Positions 25,701 through 39,519 of a stretch of DNA of 64,000 nucleotides are shown piece after piece (position 1 is the first letter of the stretch; the number at the start of each line of letters is the position of its first letter). Source of the stretch: Hypanus sabinus (taxonomy: Eukaryota); the NCBI RefSeq assembly GCF_030144855.1, contig NC_082710.1, positions 151,342,001 through 151,406,000 on the forward strand, written 5' to 3'. Position numbers and translations under genes: made by a program. The notes beneath the pieces were generated by a model. It was not told where the DNA came from, did no database searches, and saw only the letters and a program-made list of their open reading frames with translations.

Positions 25701-26589
25701 TACCGGCCTTGCTTACTGATGCATTTTATTCTATCTGTCCTGCACCATGATGAATTTTTAATAATCCAGCTATAACCATAAGATTTACATCTCATTCCTG
25801 ATTTCCAAGGAATTTTCCAGGTCCAACAATGTCAACTTGATATCTGTTGCATCTCTCAAATAAATTAGCAAACACAAAGTTTGTAATTCTGCAACTAATG
25901 AGACTGATACTTCATTAAGATTTTAAACTCTTACAAGCTGCATGGCATCTTCTTTGCACCCCCCACCTTTTAATTCTGGAGCACTTCCCCTTCTTTCCAG
26001 TCCAGAAGATAGGTCTCTGCCCAAAATGTTGACTATTTATTCACTTCATAGACACTACCTGACTTGCTGAGTTCCTCTAGAATTGTGTGTGTTGCCTTGG
26101 ATTTCCAGCATCTGCACCCATCAAGATCTAGCTAGCCTACTACCACTCTACCCACCCTTTTTACTTGGGCATCTTCCCCTTTCCTTTCGAGTTACATCTG
26201 ATCTCCAAGCTGGGCTCAGCAAAGCCTAATAGATTTAACATGTTACCATATACAATTCTGAGATTCTTCCCCTGTGGACATACTGAGCAAATAAGTGGAA
26301 CAGTAAATGTAAACATTAGGAACTGTAAAGTGCAAACTGTGAAAGGACCCTAATGGCAGTTGTATACAGTCCTCTAAACAGCAGCCAGGATGTGGATTAC
26401 AAATTACAGCAGGGGATAGAAAAGGCATAACAACGAGAGAATTTGTAAAATGTCTAAGGGATTTTTTTTAGAACAGCAATTTTTTTTAGACCCCACCAAT
26501 GGCTGTGCTGGATTGGGTGTTGTACAATGATCTTCAGGTGATAAAAGAGCTTAAAGTTACAAAAAACTGAGGGAACAGTGATCACAATA

Positions 26590-28470
26590 TGATTGATTTC
26601 ACTTAGACACTTGAGAAACAGAAGCAAAATTCCAAAGTGTCAGTATTTCAGTGGAATAAAGGAAATTACAATACCATGAGAGGGGAACTGACAAAAGTTG
26701 ACTGGAAAGGGACACTAGCAGGAGGGACAGCAGAGCAGCAATGGCTGGAGATTCATTGAAAAGTGAGGGAAGTGAAAGAAAGATATATTCCCAATAAGGA
26801 GAATTTTTTATTGGAAGAAGGACAATACTGTGGCTGACAAGTGATGTCAGAGCCAAAGTAAAAGCAAAAGAGAGGCAATACGAGGAAATCAAAGTTACTG
26901 GGAAGATGGGGAAGCTTTTGAAAACTTGTAGAAAATAAGTAAGAACGTCATTAGGAAGGAAAAGATGAATTATGAAAGGAAGATGGCAACTATTATCAAA
27001 GAAGATACTAAAAGGATTTTATAAGTATATAAAGGATAAAAAAGAGTTTAGTGTAGATACAAGACCAAAACAAAATGTTGCTGGAGATATTGTAGTGTGA
27101 GATGCAGAGATGGCAGAGGAACTGAATGCATAGTTTGCAACAGCATGCTGTCTGCAGTATACCAGACATACACTAGCCTGACATCAGTGTAGGAATCGAT
27201 CGTTAGGGATGAGCTTACAGAGTACCTGGAGGCACATGACAAGATAGGCCAAATCCAGCATGGCTTCTTGCAAGGAAAGTCTTCCCTGACTAACTTATTT
27301 CAATTGTTTGAGGAAATTACAAGCAGGATCAAGAAACGAAATGTAGTATTTGTGTTGTACTTCTATTTTCAAAAGGCCTTTGAAAGGGTGCCACACATGA
27401 GGCTGCTTGGGAAGATAAGAATGCATGGGTGGAGCATTGGCTGATTGGTAGAAGACAGAGTGGGAATAAAAGGATGCTATTCTGGCTGGCTGCTGGCTAC
27501 CAGTGGAGTTCTAACGGGGTTGGTGTTGGGAGCATTGCTTTTTACAATCTATGTCAATGATGTGGGCTATGAGATTAGTGGATTTGTGGCTAAGTTTTTC
27601 AATGATACAGACAGGTGGAGGAACAGGTAGTGTTGAGGATACAGAAACAGAGATCCCACAGAGAGACTTAGATAAATTAGGGGCATGGGCAGAACTGGCA
27701 AATAAAATAAAATGTTGGAAAGTGTATGGTCATACACTTCAGTGGAAGAAATAAATGAGCTGACCATTATTTAGATGGGGAAAGAATTCAAAATGCAGAG
27801 ATATTGGTGGTGAGGAAGGCAAATGCAATATTCACATTTCATTTATAGAGATATGGAAGATAAGAGCAGGGATGTGATGTTGAGACTCTATGAGGCACTC
27901 ATGTGACTGCACTTGGAGTATTGTGTGCAGATTTGGGCTCCTTATTTTAGAAAGGATGTACTGACATTGGAGAAGGTTCAGAGAAGGTTCACAAGAATGA
28001 TTCCAGGAATGAAAGGGTTACCATATGAGGAACATATGGCAGCTCATGGGCTGTCTTCCCTGGAGTTCAGGAGGATTGGTGGGTGGGGGAGAATTTCATA
28101 GAAACATTCCAAATGTTAAAAGGCCTGAACAGATTAGATATGTTATATATTGTTATTTCCTTTGGTAGGGGAGTCTAGGACAAAAGGGCCCGACTTCAGG
28201 ACTGAAGACGTCCATTTAGAACAGAGATGTGGAGAAATTGCATTAGACAGAGAGTGGTAAAACTGTGGTATTTGTTGCCATGAGCAGTTGGGAAGACCAT
28301 GTCTTTGAGTGCATCTCAGTCAGTGATAGATAGGTTATTGATTAGCAAGGGCATTAAAGGGTATGGCGGGAAGACAGAGGGGTGGGGATGCCTGGAAGAA
28401 TTGGATCAGCCCATGATTAAATGGCGGAGCAGACTCGATGGGCTGTAAGAACAAATTCTGCTCCTATATT
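26590..28470 (+). mobile_element. CR1 LINE, degraded and internally deleted
   Basis: LEYCVQIWAPYFRKDVLTLEKVQRRFTRMIPG, RT remnants and CR1 3' UTR. Confidence 0.82.
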
Positions 28471-28559
28471 TTATGGTCTAAATTATGAAAGTGCAAATAT
28501 GATTAATAGCAACATACAAGCATAAAATAATAATATAACATCCATCAATATCACACAAT

Positions 28560-29200
28560 AACAGAGTCCTTAAATGAGTGCAGCTATCCACTTTTGTTCA
28601 AGAGCCTGGTAGTTGAGGGGTGGTAACTGCTCTTGAATCAGAGTGGTGTGAGTTCTGAGGCACCTGTACCTTCTACCTCATGGCAGCAGTGGAAAAGAGC
28701 ATGACCTGCATGGTGAGAATCTTTAATGATGGATGCTGCATTTCTATGGCAATGTTCCATGCAGGTATGCTCAGTGGTTGGGAGGGATTTATCCATGATG
28801 TACTGGGCTGAATCCATTATCTTTGTAGGATATTCTGCTGAAAGGCATTTGTGTTCCCATACAGGACCATAATGCAGCCAGTCATTACACTTTCCACCAC
28901 ACATCTATAGAATTTTACCAATGACATGCCAAACCTCCACAAACTCCTGAGGAAGTAGAAGTGTTGTTGTACTTTCTTGACAATCAGTTATATGATAGGT
29001 CCAGGGCAGATCATCTGAGATACTAGTAACCAGGAATTTAAAGTTACTGATCTTTCAATGATTACTGGTTCATGGACCTCTGGTTACCCTCGCCTGGAGT
29101 CGACAACCAGTTCCTTGGTTTTATTCATATTCAATGAGAGTTTGTTATTTTTACATCACTCAGCCAATTTTTCAATCTCTCTATCCTGTGTACTGATTCT
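28560..29200 (-). mobile_element. Rex1/Babar-type LINE 3' fragment
   Basis: IIKDSHHAGHALF in ORF 28638-28904, homologous to IIKDPQHPGHALF of 31955-32737. Confidence 0.7.
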
Positions 29201-29219
29201 CTACCCACTTTGATACTAT

Positions 29220-29820
29220 AGTAAGGCTATAAGATATAGGAGCAGCACTAGCACATTTGGCCCATCAATTTTACTCCACCAATTCATCATGGTTGATCCA
29301 ATTTTTTTCCTCAGTCACATACTCCATCCTTCCATCATATCCCTTCCCGCCCTGACCACTCAAGATCATCAGCCTCAGCCTTAAATATACATACAGCCTT
29401 GGGCTAAACAGCTGCCTGTGGCAATGAATTCCACACATTCAGCACTCTCTAGCTAAAGAAATTCCTCCACATCTCCTTTCTAAAAAGACAACCGTCTATT
29501 TTGAGGCAGTGTCCTCTGGACTTAGTCACTCCAAACATGGGAAACATTCTTTCCACATCCATGCTATCAAGGCCTTTCCTCATTCATTAGTTTTCAATTA
29601 GGTCACCCCTCATTATTCTAAATACCAGTGAATAAAGTCCCCAAGCCTTCAATGCTCCTCATATGACAAGCTGTTTAACCTTTGAATCATTTTCATTTAA
29701 TCCAGTTTCAGCACATCCTTTCCAAGATGAGGGACCCAAAACTGCACACAGTGCTGCAAGTGAGGCCTCACTAGTGTTTTACAACATCTCAAGATTACAT
29801 CCTTGCTTTTATATTCCAGA
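29220..29820 (-). mobile_element. CR1 LINE 3' fragment
   Basis: KTLVRPHLQHCVQFWVPHLGKDVLKL in ORF 29697-29879. Confidence 0.75.
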
Positions 29821-30144
29821 ATAAATGATAAAACTAAAGAGAACTTCTTACACTCTGGAATACAGAAATATTTCAGCATGGTATGATAAATTACAAAGAA
29901 TATCAGGCAGTTTTCACATTAACAGGTGTGGTAAATTTCAATATTTGTTTATCGACAGACATATCACATATCAGACTATGTCAATGTACATGCAATTAAT
30001 AAACTTAAATCTGAAATCTGCTCTATAGATCCTTGTGCTAGTAAAGAATGATTTGCCTCAACACTACAAATCTTGTTATGAAATTACATTAGCAAATTTA
30101 CTTCCTGACAATATAATCATTCATAGATAATATGAAATTACCGG

Positions 30145-30221
30145 TCATAGCACTACTGTGGAGAATTCAGATGGAAACATGGAGTGAGATGGATTGTCTA
30201 GTTCAGTAGTTTTGCAACATC
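30145..30221 (-). CDS. Candidate cytoplasmic-tail exon of the MHC class I-like gene (GCCKTTELDNPSHSMFPSEFSTVVL*)
   Basis: Pyrimidine-rich acceptor ending CACTGAAAG; the phase-1 frame is open to TGA. No homology support, and alternative candidates exist. Confidence 0.25.
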
Positions 30222-30369
30222 CTTTCAGTGAGCAACAGAAAGACCAGAGAACTGATTGCAGACTTATGGAAGTGAAAGTTGGGTGTACATACTCTAGCTC
30301 TTGCATTACCCTTTCACTGACGGTAAGGGTGAGCAACAGCGCTTCAGTGTCGACATCTCAGTGGATCTA

Positions 30370-31805
30370 TACAATGGACAATAGACAATAGGTGCAGAAG
30401 TAGACCATTCGGCCCCTTGAGTCTGCACCGCCATTCTGAGAACTGATCATTCACTATCAATACCCAGTCCCTGCCTTGTCCCCATATCCCTCGATTCCCC
30501 TACCCATCAGATATCTATCTAGCTCCTTCTTGAAAGCATCCAGAGAATTGGCCCCCACCGTCTTCCGAGGCAGTGCATTCCACACCTCCACAACTTTCTG
30601 GGAGAAGAAGCTCTTCCTCAACTCTGTTTTAAATAACTGACCTCTTATTCTCAATCCATGCCCTCTGGTACTGGACTCTCCCAACATCTGGAACATATTT
30701 CCTGCCTCAATCCTATCAAATCCTTTAATTATCTTAAACGTTTCAATCAGATCCCCTCTCAATCTCCTCAATTTCAGCATGTACAAGCCCAATCTCTCCA
30801 ATCTCTCTGCGTAAGACAGCCCTGCCATCCCAGGAATCAACCTAGTGAATCTACGCTGCAGTTCCTCAATTGCCAGAATGTCCTTCTTTAAACCTAGAGA
30901 CCAAAACTTTACACAATATTCCAGGTGTGGTCTCACCAGGGCCCTGTACAAATGCAAAAGGACATCCTTGCTCTTGTACTCAATTCCCCTTGTAACAAAG
31001 GCCAACATTCCATTTGCCCTCTTCACTGCCTGTTGCACTTGCTCATTCACCTTCATTGACTGATGAACTAGGACTCCAAGGTCTCTTTGCATTTCTCCCT
31101 TACCTAACTCTACACCGTTCAGACAATACTCTGCCCTCTTGTTCCTGCTTCCAAAGTGGATAACTTCACACTTATTCACATTGAATGACATCTGCCAAGT
31201 ATCTGCCCACTCACCCAGCCTATCCAAATCTCCCTGTATTCTCCTAACGTCCTCTTCGCATGTCACACTGCCACCCAGTTTAGTATCGTCAGCAAACTTG
31301 CTGATATAGTTTTCAATGCCCTCATCTAAATCATTGACATAAATCGTAAAGAGCTGTGGTCCCAATACAGAGCCCTGTAGTACCCCACTAGTCACCTCCA
31401 GCCAGTCCGAGAAACACCCATTCACTGCTACCCTTTGCTTTCTATCTGCCAACCAGTTTTCTATCCATGTTGAAACCCTGCCCCCAATGCCATGAGCTCT
31501 GATTTTACTCACCAATCTCCTATGTGGCACCTTATCGAATGCCTTCTGAAAATCTGGGTATACAACATCCACTGGCTTACCCTCGTCTAACATCCGTGTT
31601 ACACCCTCAAAAAACTCCAACAGATTAGTCAAGCATGATTTGCCCTTGGTAAATCCATGCTGGCTCGGCCTAATCCTATTACTGCCATCAAGACGTGCCA
31701 CTATTTCGTCCTTAATAATGGACTCAAGCATCTTCCCCACGACTGACGTTAGGCTAACAGGGCTATAGTTCTCCATTTTCTCCTTCCCTCCCTTCTTGAA
31801 AAGGG
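30370..31805 (-). mobile_element. CR1 LINE, 5'-truncated, relatively young (RT frame open)
   Basis: 463-aa ORF with QHGFTKGKSCLTNL, DFQKAFDKVPH, QGSVLGPQLF and SKFADDTK; short (GACAATA)n tail near 30377-30390. Confidence 0.95.
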
Positions 31806-31949
31806 AAATACTTTGATGATTATATTGATGCAGCCTTGAAGAAAGCATGCATCCAGCTCATTAGCAACCTGGAGAGATTTGGTATGCTACTAAAGCCTTG
31901 TGTAACTTTCTACATGTCAGTGATGGATAGCACACACGCTGATCCTCCT

Positions 31950-32960
31950 CGCTGATGATCAACACCAACACAATTCAGGGGTCTGTGCTTAGCCCACTGC
32001 TCTACTTTCAGTATACACATAACTGTGTGGCTAGGCATAATTCAAATACCATCTATAAATTTGATACAACCATTGTTGGTATAATCTCAGGTGGTGACGA
32101 GAGGGTGTACAGGAGTGAGATATGCCAACTGGTGGAGTGGCGCCACAGTAACAAACTGGAACTCAATGTCAGTAAGACAAAAGAGCTGATTGTGGATTTC
32201 AGGAAAGGTTTGATGAACAAATACATATTGATTCTCTTAGAGGGATCAGAAGTGCAGAAAGTGAGCAGCTTCAAGTTTCTGGGTGTCAAGATCTCTGAGC
32301 ATCTTACCTGGTCCAAATGTATCAATATAGTTATAAAGAAAACAAGACAGTGGCTATACTTGATTAGGAGTCTGAAGAGATTTGGCATGCCAACCAATAC
32401 ACTCAAAAACTTCTATAGTTGCATTGTGGAGAGCATTCTGACAGGGTGCATTGCTATCTGTTATGGATGGACTACTGCACAGGACGGAAAGAAGCTGCTG
32501 AAGGTTGTAAATCTAGTGAGCTCCATCTCAGGCACTAGCCTACAAAGTACCCAGGACATCTTTAGGGGGAAGTGTCTGAGAAAGGCAGTGTCCATTATTA
32601 AGGACCCCCAGCACCCAGGGCATGCCCTTTTCTCATTGTTACCATCAGGTAGGAGGTACAGAAGCCTGAAGGCACACACTCACCAATTCAGGAACAGCTT
32701 CTTCCCCTCTGCCATCCGATTCCTAAATAGATATTGAAGCTATGGACACTATCTTACTTTTTTAGTAAACAGTATTTCTGTTTGTGCTCATTCTTTTAAA
32801 TCTATTCAATATATGCGATTGATTTACTTATTATGTTTTATTTTATTTATTATTATTTTTCTCTCTCTACTAGAATATGTATTGCATTGAACTGCTGTTG
32901 CTAAGTTAGCGAATTTCACGTCACATACCAGTGATTAAAAACCTGACTCTGATTCATCAT
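31950..32960 (+). mobile_element. Rex1/Babar-type LINE, 5'-truncated
   Basis: 260-aa ORF with QGSVLSPLLY, LNVSKTKELIVDFRK, FKFLGV and SFFPSAIRFLN; AT-rich 3' UTR. Confidence 0.88.
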
Positions 32961-34573
32961 TAAAGAAACTCACCATCCATACATGCCCTATTCATGCTTT
33001 TGCATTTTAAAAGCCTATGTCTTAAACAGCAGCATAGCTGCAAAATGACAAATTTCACAATATGTGCAAGTGATAATAAACATTCAGTTTCTGTAAGGCT
33101 TTTTTGAATCCTCTCTTCCAAACCAGTATCATTCATAAGTAAAAATGTTTTTTTATTTGACTTTCACAGTGATTGGAAATTTCTTCATCAGCACAGATCT
33201 CAGATTTATGTCAAATGGAATTCCTACTGGAAGCAAAACCCTAAACCTGCTTATGTATTCATAAAGTCAGATGATATCTTGATGGTAACTGAAGTACTGT
33301 TATACCATAGAATCCAATGCCTCATTGCATCATTACTCTCTTCATGTGCAAATACTCATCAACTTTCTCAAGTTTGTTCATACTTCACTGTATTTTTCCT
33401 TATTAAATGATGAGATTTAAGCCTCTCCCTATTTGTAATTGTCCACTAAGCAAAACTACAAATTTCTGAAAAGTTTGCCTACACCTTCACGCAAGCCTCT
33501 CACACCAATTCTGGTATGTATAACGAGCAAATATTTTAAGCTATTAGTCCTATTGTGAAAACTTTTGTTTAGAGCATGCGAGAGTCAGGCTGGTGGAACA
33601 CCTTGTCAGTCCAGCTGTAGAGTACATGTGCCAATTCCCTGTTCTGATGGAGTCATTTAGACCTTCAGCAGAGAAACAGAGGTCCTCTATCCACTAGTCT
33701 TTACTATGCAATCCTATCTTACTATGTGGATAAACTTTGTGGTCTTAAATACCTCTGTGATGCTAATGGGCTCTTAACTTTTGCTTTGAGTTTGAGCCTG
33801 ATAAGTTTGTACATCTGATACACCCTGTGCTCCAAGTAAAATGAAGTTCAGTCTATCCTCATAACTGAGAGAGTCCATGTCCAACAAATTATTTTGGAAT
33901 CTCCTCAGCACAATCTAGAATACCAGTAACCAAAAGGGTAAACCTTTACTGTACACTCTCTAACAAGCCCACCTTTCCAGTATAGATAGGTCAGTAGTAA
34001 AGCTCAATATTCCCTCTTTATACTCTCAGCACTGATGCTGTGTCTTGATCCTAAATGTGAACTAAATTATATTAAATATGAGCCAACAGTTTGCCTCCAC
34101 AGATGCTGCCTAACTCTGCATTTCCCCAGCAGTTTGTTTCTGGTGCCTTTCTTTATGGATTTACATAGTTTTCAGATTGGCTTTTGGGATATCATGCAAG
34201 TTAATTCCACATGCTTCTAGAAATGTGCAGAACAGTATGGGCCCTAGAACGCAATATAAATATATAAAATTCCACTCCACATCAATATAACCCATTCCTC
34301 CTACACAACCTCTAGACCTCCATTTTATATTATTTGCATACCCAAGGATCCTTCAAATATATTAATGTACTGCATTATTTTCAAACACTCTACATCTACA
34401 TAGCTTTCACATATCTGATTACAGGAAAAATACACAAACAGTACAAAGGCTGCATGAGAGCAGTGCACATTTTCGGCATTTCAGTAAAAGGATCTCTCCA
34501 TCTACTCCCTTATTCTACTTGTGACTGATCATTTTCTTCAAAGTCATTGTTTTCATTAGCAATTTCATCTTAC

Positions 34574-34681
34574 CTCCTCTCTTCTTCGTCCAGCAATAAA
34601 TTCCAGCAAGCACAGCACTCAACAACATAAGTACACATACACCGATCAGCCCAATGTGCCTGTCTTCCTTCCCACTGCCTT
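34574..34681 (-). CDS. MHC class I-like gene: connecting peptide and transmembrane exon (EGSGKEDRHIGLIGVCVLMLLSAVLAGIYCWTKKRG)
   Basis: Acceptor TTATTTTTCAG, donor GAG/GTAAGA, 108 nt, phase 1 at both ends. Hydrophobic span followed by a KKR stop-transfer, in frame with the alpha3 exon. Confidence 0.88.
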
Positions 34682-35349
34682 CTGAAAAATAATAATGTTT
34701 TGTAATTATACTAATATAATGATAAGCTTTGCAGATATTGCATTATTCCAAATATATAGGTCACATGTATTTTTGTAAGTCTGGCATCCTCTTGAACTAT
34801 GCATACAGTGCATTATTTTATAAGGTGCAAATTCTCTCCTCCATAGACTTTGCTGAACAGGTCTGTGTGAAAAATACATTGCAGAGCAAAGCATGAAGCA
34901 GACAGCAAAGGGTTAGGTGTTTATAATCAGAGAGGATCAATCAAATGTTTGATATAATTGCATGATTTGAAGAACAATGATCAAAAACTTAATTTTGTGA
35001 ACAGTTTGAAAGGAATCTGGGTCTGAAACAATGTATTAAAGCAATACATTAGATATGGTGTATATTGACAAGTTGAACTGAAATAAAATTAACCATAGTT
35101 GAATGCATAGTTGGATGTAAAGTCAGAATGAATTTTCATCATGGTGTGCTAACATGAACTTTGTTTTCTTATTTGTTCTATTGCACTTCTCCTTACAAGT
35201 GAGTATAAATTATGATTAATCTATGTTTCAAAGAAGGTTCTTAATGATTCCTTTGTTTCTGCATTCACCAGTGAGAGGCAACTTGATGATTGTGATGGTA
35301 GTGCAAGGACATGACAATATGTCTGACCAAATTCATATTAAGAGAAATT

Positions 35350-36110
35350 ACTTGAACCTATGAAGAACATTGGGATAGATAAGTCACTGGGCCTGACTGG
35401 GGTTATAGGCTACTGCAGGAAATGAAATAGGAGATTGATGCACCTTTTGTGATGTTCTTTGCATCGTCACTGGCTGCAGCAATAGGACAAGATGACTGAA
35501 GCTTGGCAAGTATTCTTTTGTTCAAGAAAGGGAGTACAGATAACCCTGGGAATTATAGACTAGTGAGTTTGACATCTGTTGGGACAGGTCTTTGGAAAAT
35601 ATTCTGAGATTTAGGATGAATTTTTGGAGACACAAGGGTTTATGAGGAGAAGGTCGTGCTTCACAAAGTTGATTGAACTTTTTGAAGATGTGACAAAGCA
35701 CAGTAAGAAGGCAGAGCAGTAGACAGGATACATATGGATTTTAGTAAGGCATTTAGTAAGGTTCCCTATTGTAGGCTTGTTCAGAAAGTCCAGAAGCTTA
35801 TCTGTTTGGATACAAAATTGGCTTGCCAATAGATGGCAATAGGTCACTGTAGATGAAGCATTTTCCGTCCAGATGTTGGTGATCAATGATTTTTTGCAGG
35901 AATCAGTTTTAGGATTCCTGCTGTTTGTGATCTTTATAAAAGTGTTGTTGATTACAAGGAATATGCTGTCATGAATGTTGCTAGAGTTAGATACATTAAG
36001 GAAATTAGTAGGTCTCCGAGATAGACACATGCGATAGGAAGATACGTGGCTATGTTGGAGGGAAGCGCAAGGCTGATCGTGGGGTAGGTTAAAAATGGGG
36101 TGTAACATCA
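35350..36110 (+). mobile_element. CR1 LINE RT fragment, degraded
   Basis: Remnants of NYRLVSLTSV, CFTKLIELFE and YMDFSKAF. Confidence 0.7.
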
Positions 36111-37087
36111 TTTGCTACAGAGCCCATACTCTACTGTAACATGCTATATTTGATGCCTTCATCATTCTTTGTTGTCTGGTCATATATTTGTTTCATGTTG
36201 CTAGAGTAGCCTAGGCAAATAACTGCAGTGCATTTTATAGACAGTGCACAATACATATGGAGAAGCAACAATTTTGCAGCTTCACACACACAGTAGAAAT
36301 TAGGTCTCCTGATTTGTGCTGTTTGAACTGTGAAAACAGTGGAAAGGCTTTTGCATATCAGGTGGTGTATGTCATTGGCCACTGACTGGGAAAGATAACC
36401 TCAGTTTTAAGCATTTAATCCAGTTTAGGATTTGCACCATGGTTAATGCAAGAGGCCAACTATTGGGCAGTATTTAATAGCAATGGCATTTTATAACAAA
36501 AGGTAGCCAAATTACTACTTGTTGGGCATGAACATGCCCAGCATTTGTGATAAAAAAATATTATTAGCCACTTAACAATCCAGTTGAACTTTTTATCCAA
36601 GGCTTTATAAATACATGCCAATTACATTTTGGTGGCTAAATTTGTTGATTACTTTTAATTTTCTAAGATTTAATAAAAATGTCAATAATCACAAAATATA
36701 ACAAGACTTCTCTCTCCATTCTCACAGCATAATTGGTTCAATACATTTGATAAAACTTCTTCCAATTTCAGACTGGTAACAATTGGAGCAAGTTGCATTT
36801 GTGGTACCAATGCCAGAGGTATAAATAAATTATGTGTAAAGCAACGGACAAAATTTAAAATTGTGATGAACATTAGAAGATGGGAATTATAAATTGAAAA
36901 CAGTTCTTGCTTTCATCCTTCAGCAAAATGGAAGGCTACACAATATATTAGTATTAACAAAGTTCAAAGGAATTAGAATACAGGATGCAGTCTGAGGGAT
37001 TAAAAGGAAACAAAAAATGATAATGATAAACTTTGTTATTAATAGTGCCAAAGCTTATTCCACCTGCTCAGATATGAATGTCCTTAC

Positions 37088-37354
37088 CCCAGATGACTGT
37101 CTTCCCATCCGGCATGCTGCTATGATTAATATGGCAGGAATATTCTTTGCCATCAGATGGATCAAAATCAAGGACAGACCGCAGTTGATATGTTCCATCT
37201 TGATTTGATAATACTCCAGTAGATTTTGTCTCAGAGACATTTTGCCCATTCTGGAACCAGCTCACCCTGATGGCCGTTGGATAAAATCCAAACACGCTGC
37301 ATCGGAGAAACGAGGAATGGTCCTTGTGAGCATCAAGAAAGACCTCGGGAACAA
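37088..37354 (-). CDS. MHC class I-like gene: alpha3 (Ig C1-set) exon
   Basis: Acceptor TCATGTAG, donor TGGG/GTAAGG, 267 nt, phase 1-1. Encodes VVPEVFLDAHKDHSSFLRCSVFGFYPTAIRVSWFQNGQNVSETKSTGVLSNQDGTYQLRSVLDFDPSDGKEYSCHINHSSMPDGKTVIW, with C1-set motifs LxCxxxGFYP, W, DGTYQ and YxCxxxH. Confidence 0.95.
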
Positions 37355-37369
37355 CTACATGATAGAACA

Positions 37370-38060
37370 TAGAACACAGAAAAATAGTAAAAATAGTATA
37401 CAGTGTATGCCCTTTTGACATAATGACATTTTAATATTTTTATCTACGGAAGATTAATCTAAGGTTTCCCACCCATATATCTCTCCATTTGTATTTTGTG
37501 CCTATGAGCATCTTAAATGTCCCAAATGTATGTGTACCTATTGCAACTTCTGGCGACACATTCCATGCTCCCACTGATCCCAGTGTTAAAAAAAAACTAC
37601 CTCTGACCTCCCCACTATAATTTCCTCCATTCATATTAAAATTATCAGCATCCATATTAACTATTACCCCTTAGGAAAAAGGGGCTGCTTTCCCACTCTG
37701 TCATCTTATTAAGGCACCTTTCATTCTCCCTTGCACCAAAGTGAAAATTTCACCCAACATTTTTCATGAGACATTATCTGTATTCTAGGCAGCATCCTAG
37801 TAAATATCCTGTTTGAATTCAGTTCCTCAACCAATTAAGACCAACATACTAGATGCCTTCTCATACACCCCATCAAATTCCATGGCGAATTTGAGTGATC
37901 TATGATCGTAGACTCCATGATTCCTCTGCTGCTCTAACAAGTGAAAAATCTTGCCATTAACCCTACAGTCTGCATTCAAGTCTGTTCTTTCAAAGTGTAT
38001 TGCCTCATACTTTTCCAGCTTGAATTCCATCAGCCACTTCTCAGCACAGTCTGCATCCTG
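37370..38060 (-). mobile_element. CR1 LINE 3' fragments
   Basis: AEKWLMEFKLEKYEAIHFERT in ORF 37827-38129; (atagaac)n-like tail at 37363-37378. Confidence 0.7.
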
Positions 38061-38231
38061 ACAAAGTACAGCTGCAAAATGTTGGTTATTTTCAGCTTCA
38101 GCAAGATTTGCACTGCAGCCATCATGCATCCATTCACACTACTCCCATTTTTCCTCTTTAATTTCCATCATCCAATTGGTCCTTAATTATTCTCCCATAT
38201 TCACATACGTTATTAACAACAAACAACAACC

Positions 38232-38510
38232 AGCAGAGTAACATAGCTGATAACAGTGCAAACAACCTGGGTTCAATTCCTACTGCTTCCTGTAAGGAGA
38301 TTATACATTCTCCCTGTGAGCACATGGGTTTCCTCCAGGTGCTCCGGTTTCCTCCCACACTCCAAAGACCTACTTGTTTGTTATAGATTAAATAACTATA
38401 TTTAATATATAGTCCCATGATTATTTTAGGATTAAATGGGGGGATTGTTTTTTTGATGTGGCTTGAAGGGTTAGCAGGGCCTGTTCTGCACTATATCTCA
38501 ATAAATAATA
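38232..38510 (+). mobile_element. tRNA-derived V-SINE (HE1-like)
   Basis: B-box-like GGTTCAATTCC followed by the V-domain core GGTTTCCTCCAGGTGCTCCGGTTTCCTCCCACACTCCAAAGAC. Confidence 0.8.
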
Positions 38511-39519
38511 CATAAATTAACAAGTAAATAACATCTCAATAAACTCATTTTTGTCGTGTACAGGAAGTGATAGCACATCATCGAAACAGACATGATTTCA
38601 GGTACAACATACAGTCTCTAAACAGTCAGCACATAAAATGTTTTCACGAGGGCATGTAATTGACTATAGTAAATAAATGACAAGTTATTAACTGAACAGC
38701 ATGGTTGGGAAACAGAAACTTCTGTTGAGAGCATTTGGGAGGGGAGGAGTGGAACAGATTAGTGCAGATTAGAACAGTGGAACAGGAGTGGAAAGGGGCA
38801 GATTATTTACAAACAAAATGTATAAGTACCAGTATTTCTATCTACAGAAGTTGATCAATTTCAGCCACTCCCTATGCCTGATATTTGTGAAAGCTAAGCC
38901 TCTTAATACACGGAAAACAAATATGGTTGTATTGCTGAAAGATGGAAGAATTGACATTCTGGAAAACTGGAAAAAAGCTTAGTTAAGGGCTTGGGCAGAT
39001 CAGCCATAATGACTCTAAATGGCAGTCCAGGTTTGATGACCAAATGGCTGACACCTGCTCCTATGCTTTTGTATCTGTAAATCCAGGCCTCTGAAACAGA
39101 GAGGTAGACGTGATTAATTATATTATTAATTGTATTACTGGGCTGAATCTTTCATGTAAGTAAATCAATGAAAAAGTAAACAATTCCACCGTGTCATATT
39201 TAGAAAATTATAGCAGAGACTGATACACACTGGAGTGACACTGTATAACAGCAGGTAGAGCAAGTCTCACATTTCCCATAACCAGGCTTCAATCTTCTAC
39301 AAGAAATCTGAAAATACTTAAGAATTTACTGAATCTTGCAGGATTGATGAAAACAGAAACAGTTTTAACTTTTCAGACTGCAAAGCTTTTACCAAAATAG
39401 AGAAGAAGAAAATAGTAGTTTTCAGTTGCAGGAAAGGAAGAGGAGAGATTACAGGATAGAGTGAAACCAGCTTCCTCTTGGGAAAAGGTGTCAAAGTCTC
39501 CCATTAATCCATTCCAATC

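Noticed and set aside
37088-37354. Ig exon as MHC class II beta2, beta2-microglobulin or an antigen-receptor constant domain
   Set aside because: It has DGTYQ rather than class II NGDWTFQ, and it splices to a class I alpha2-type exon and a TM without the class II glycine motif.
38564-38601. Plus-strand micro-exon-like segment reading GSDSTSSKQT*, reminiscent of a class I cytoplasmic tail
   Set aside because: It is on the opposite strand to the gene and too short to be significant, and no plus-strand class I exons were found.
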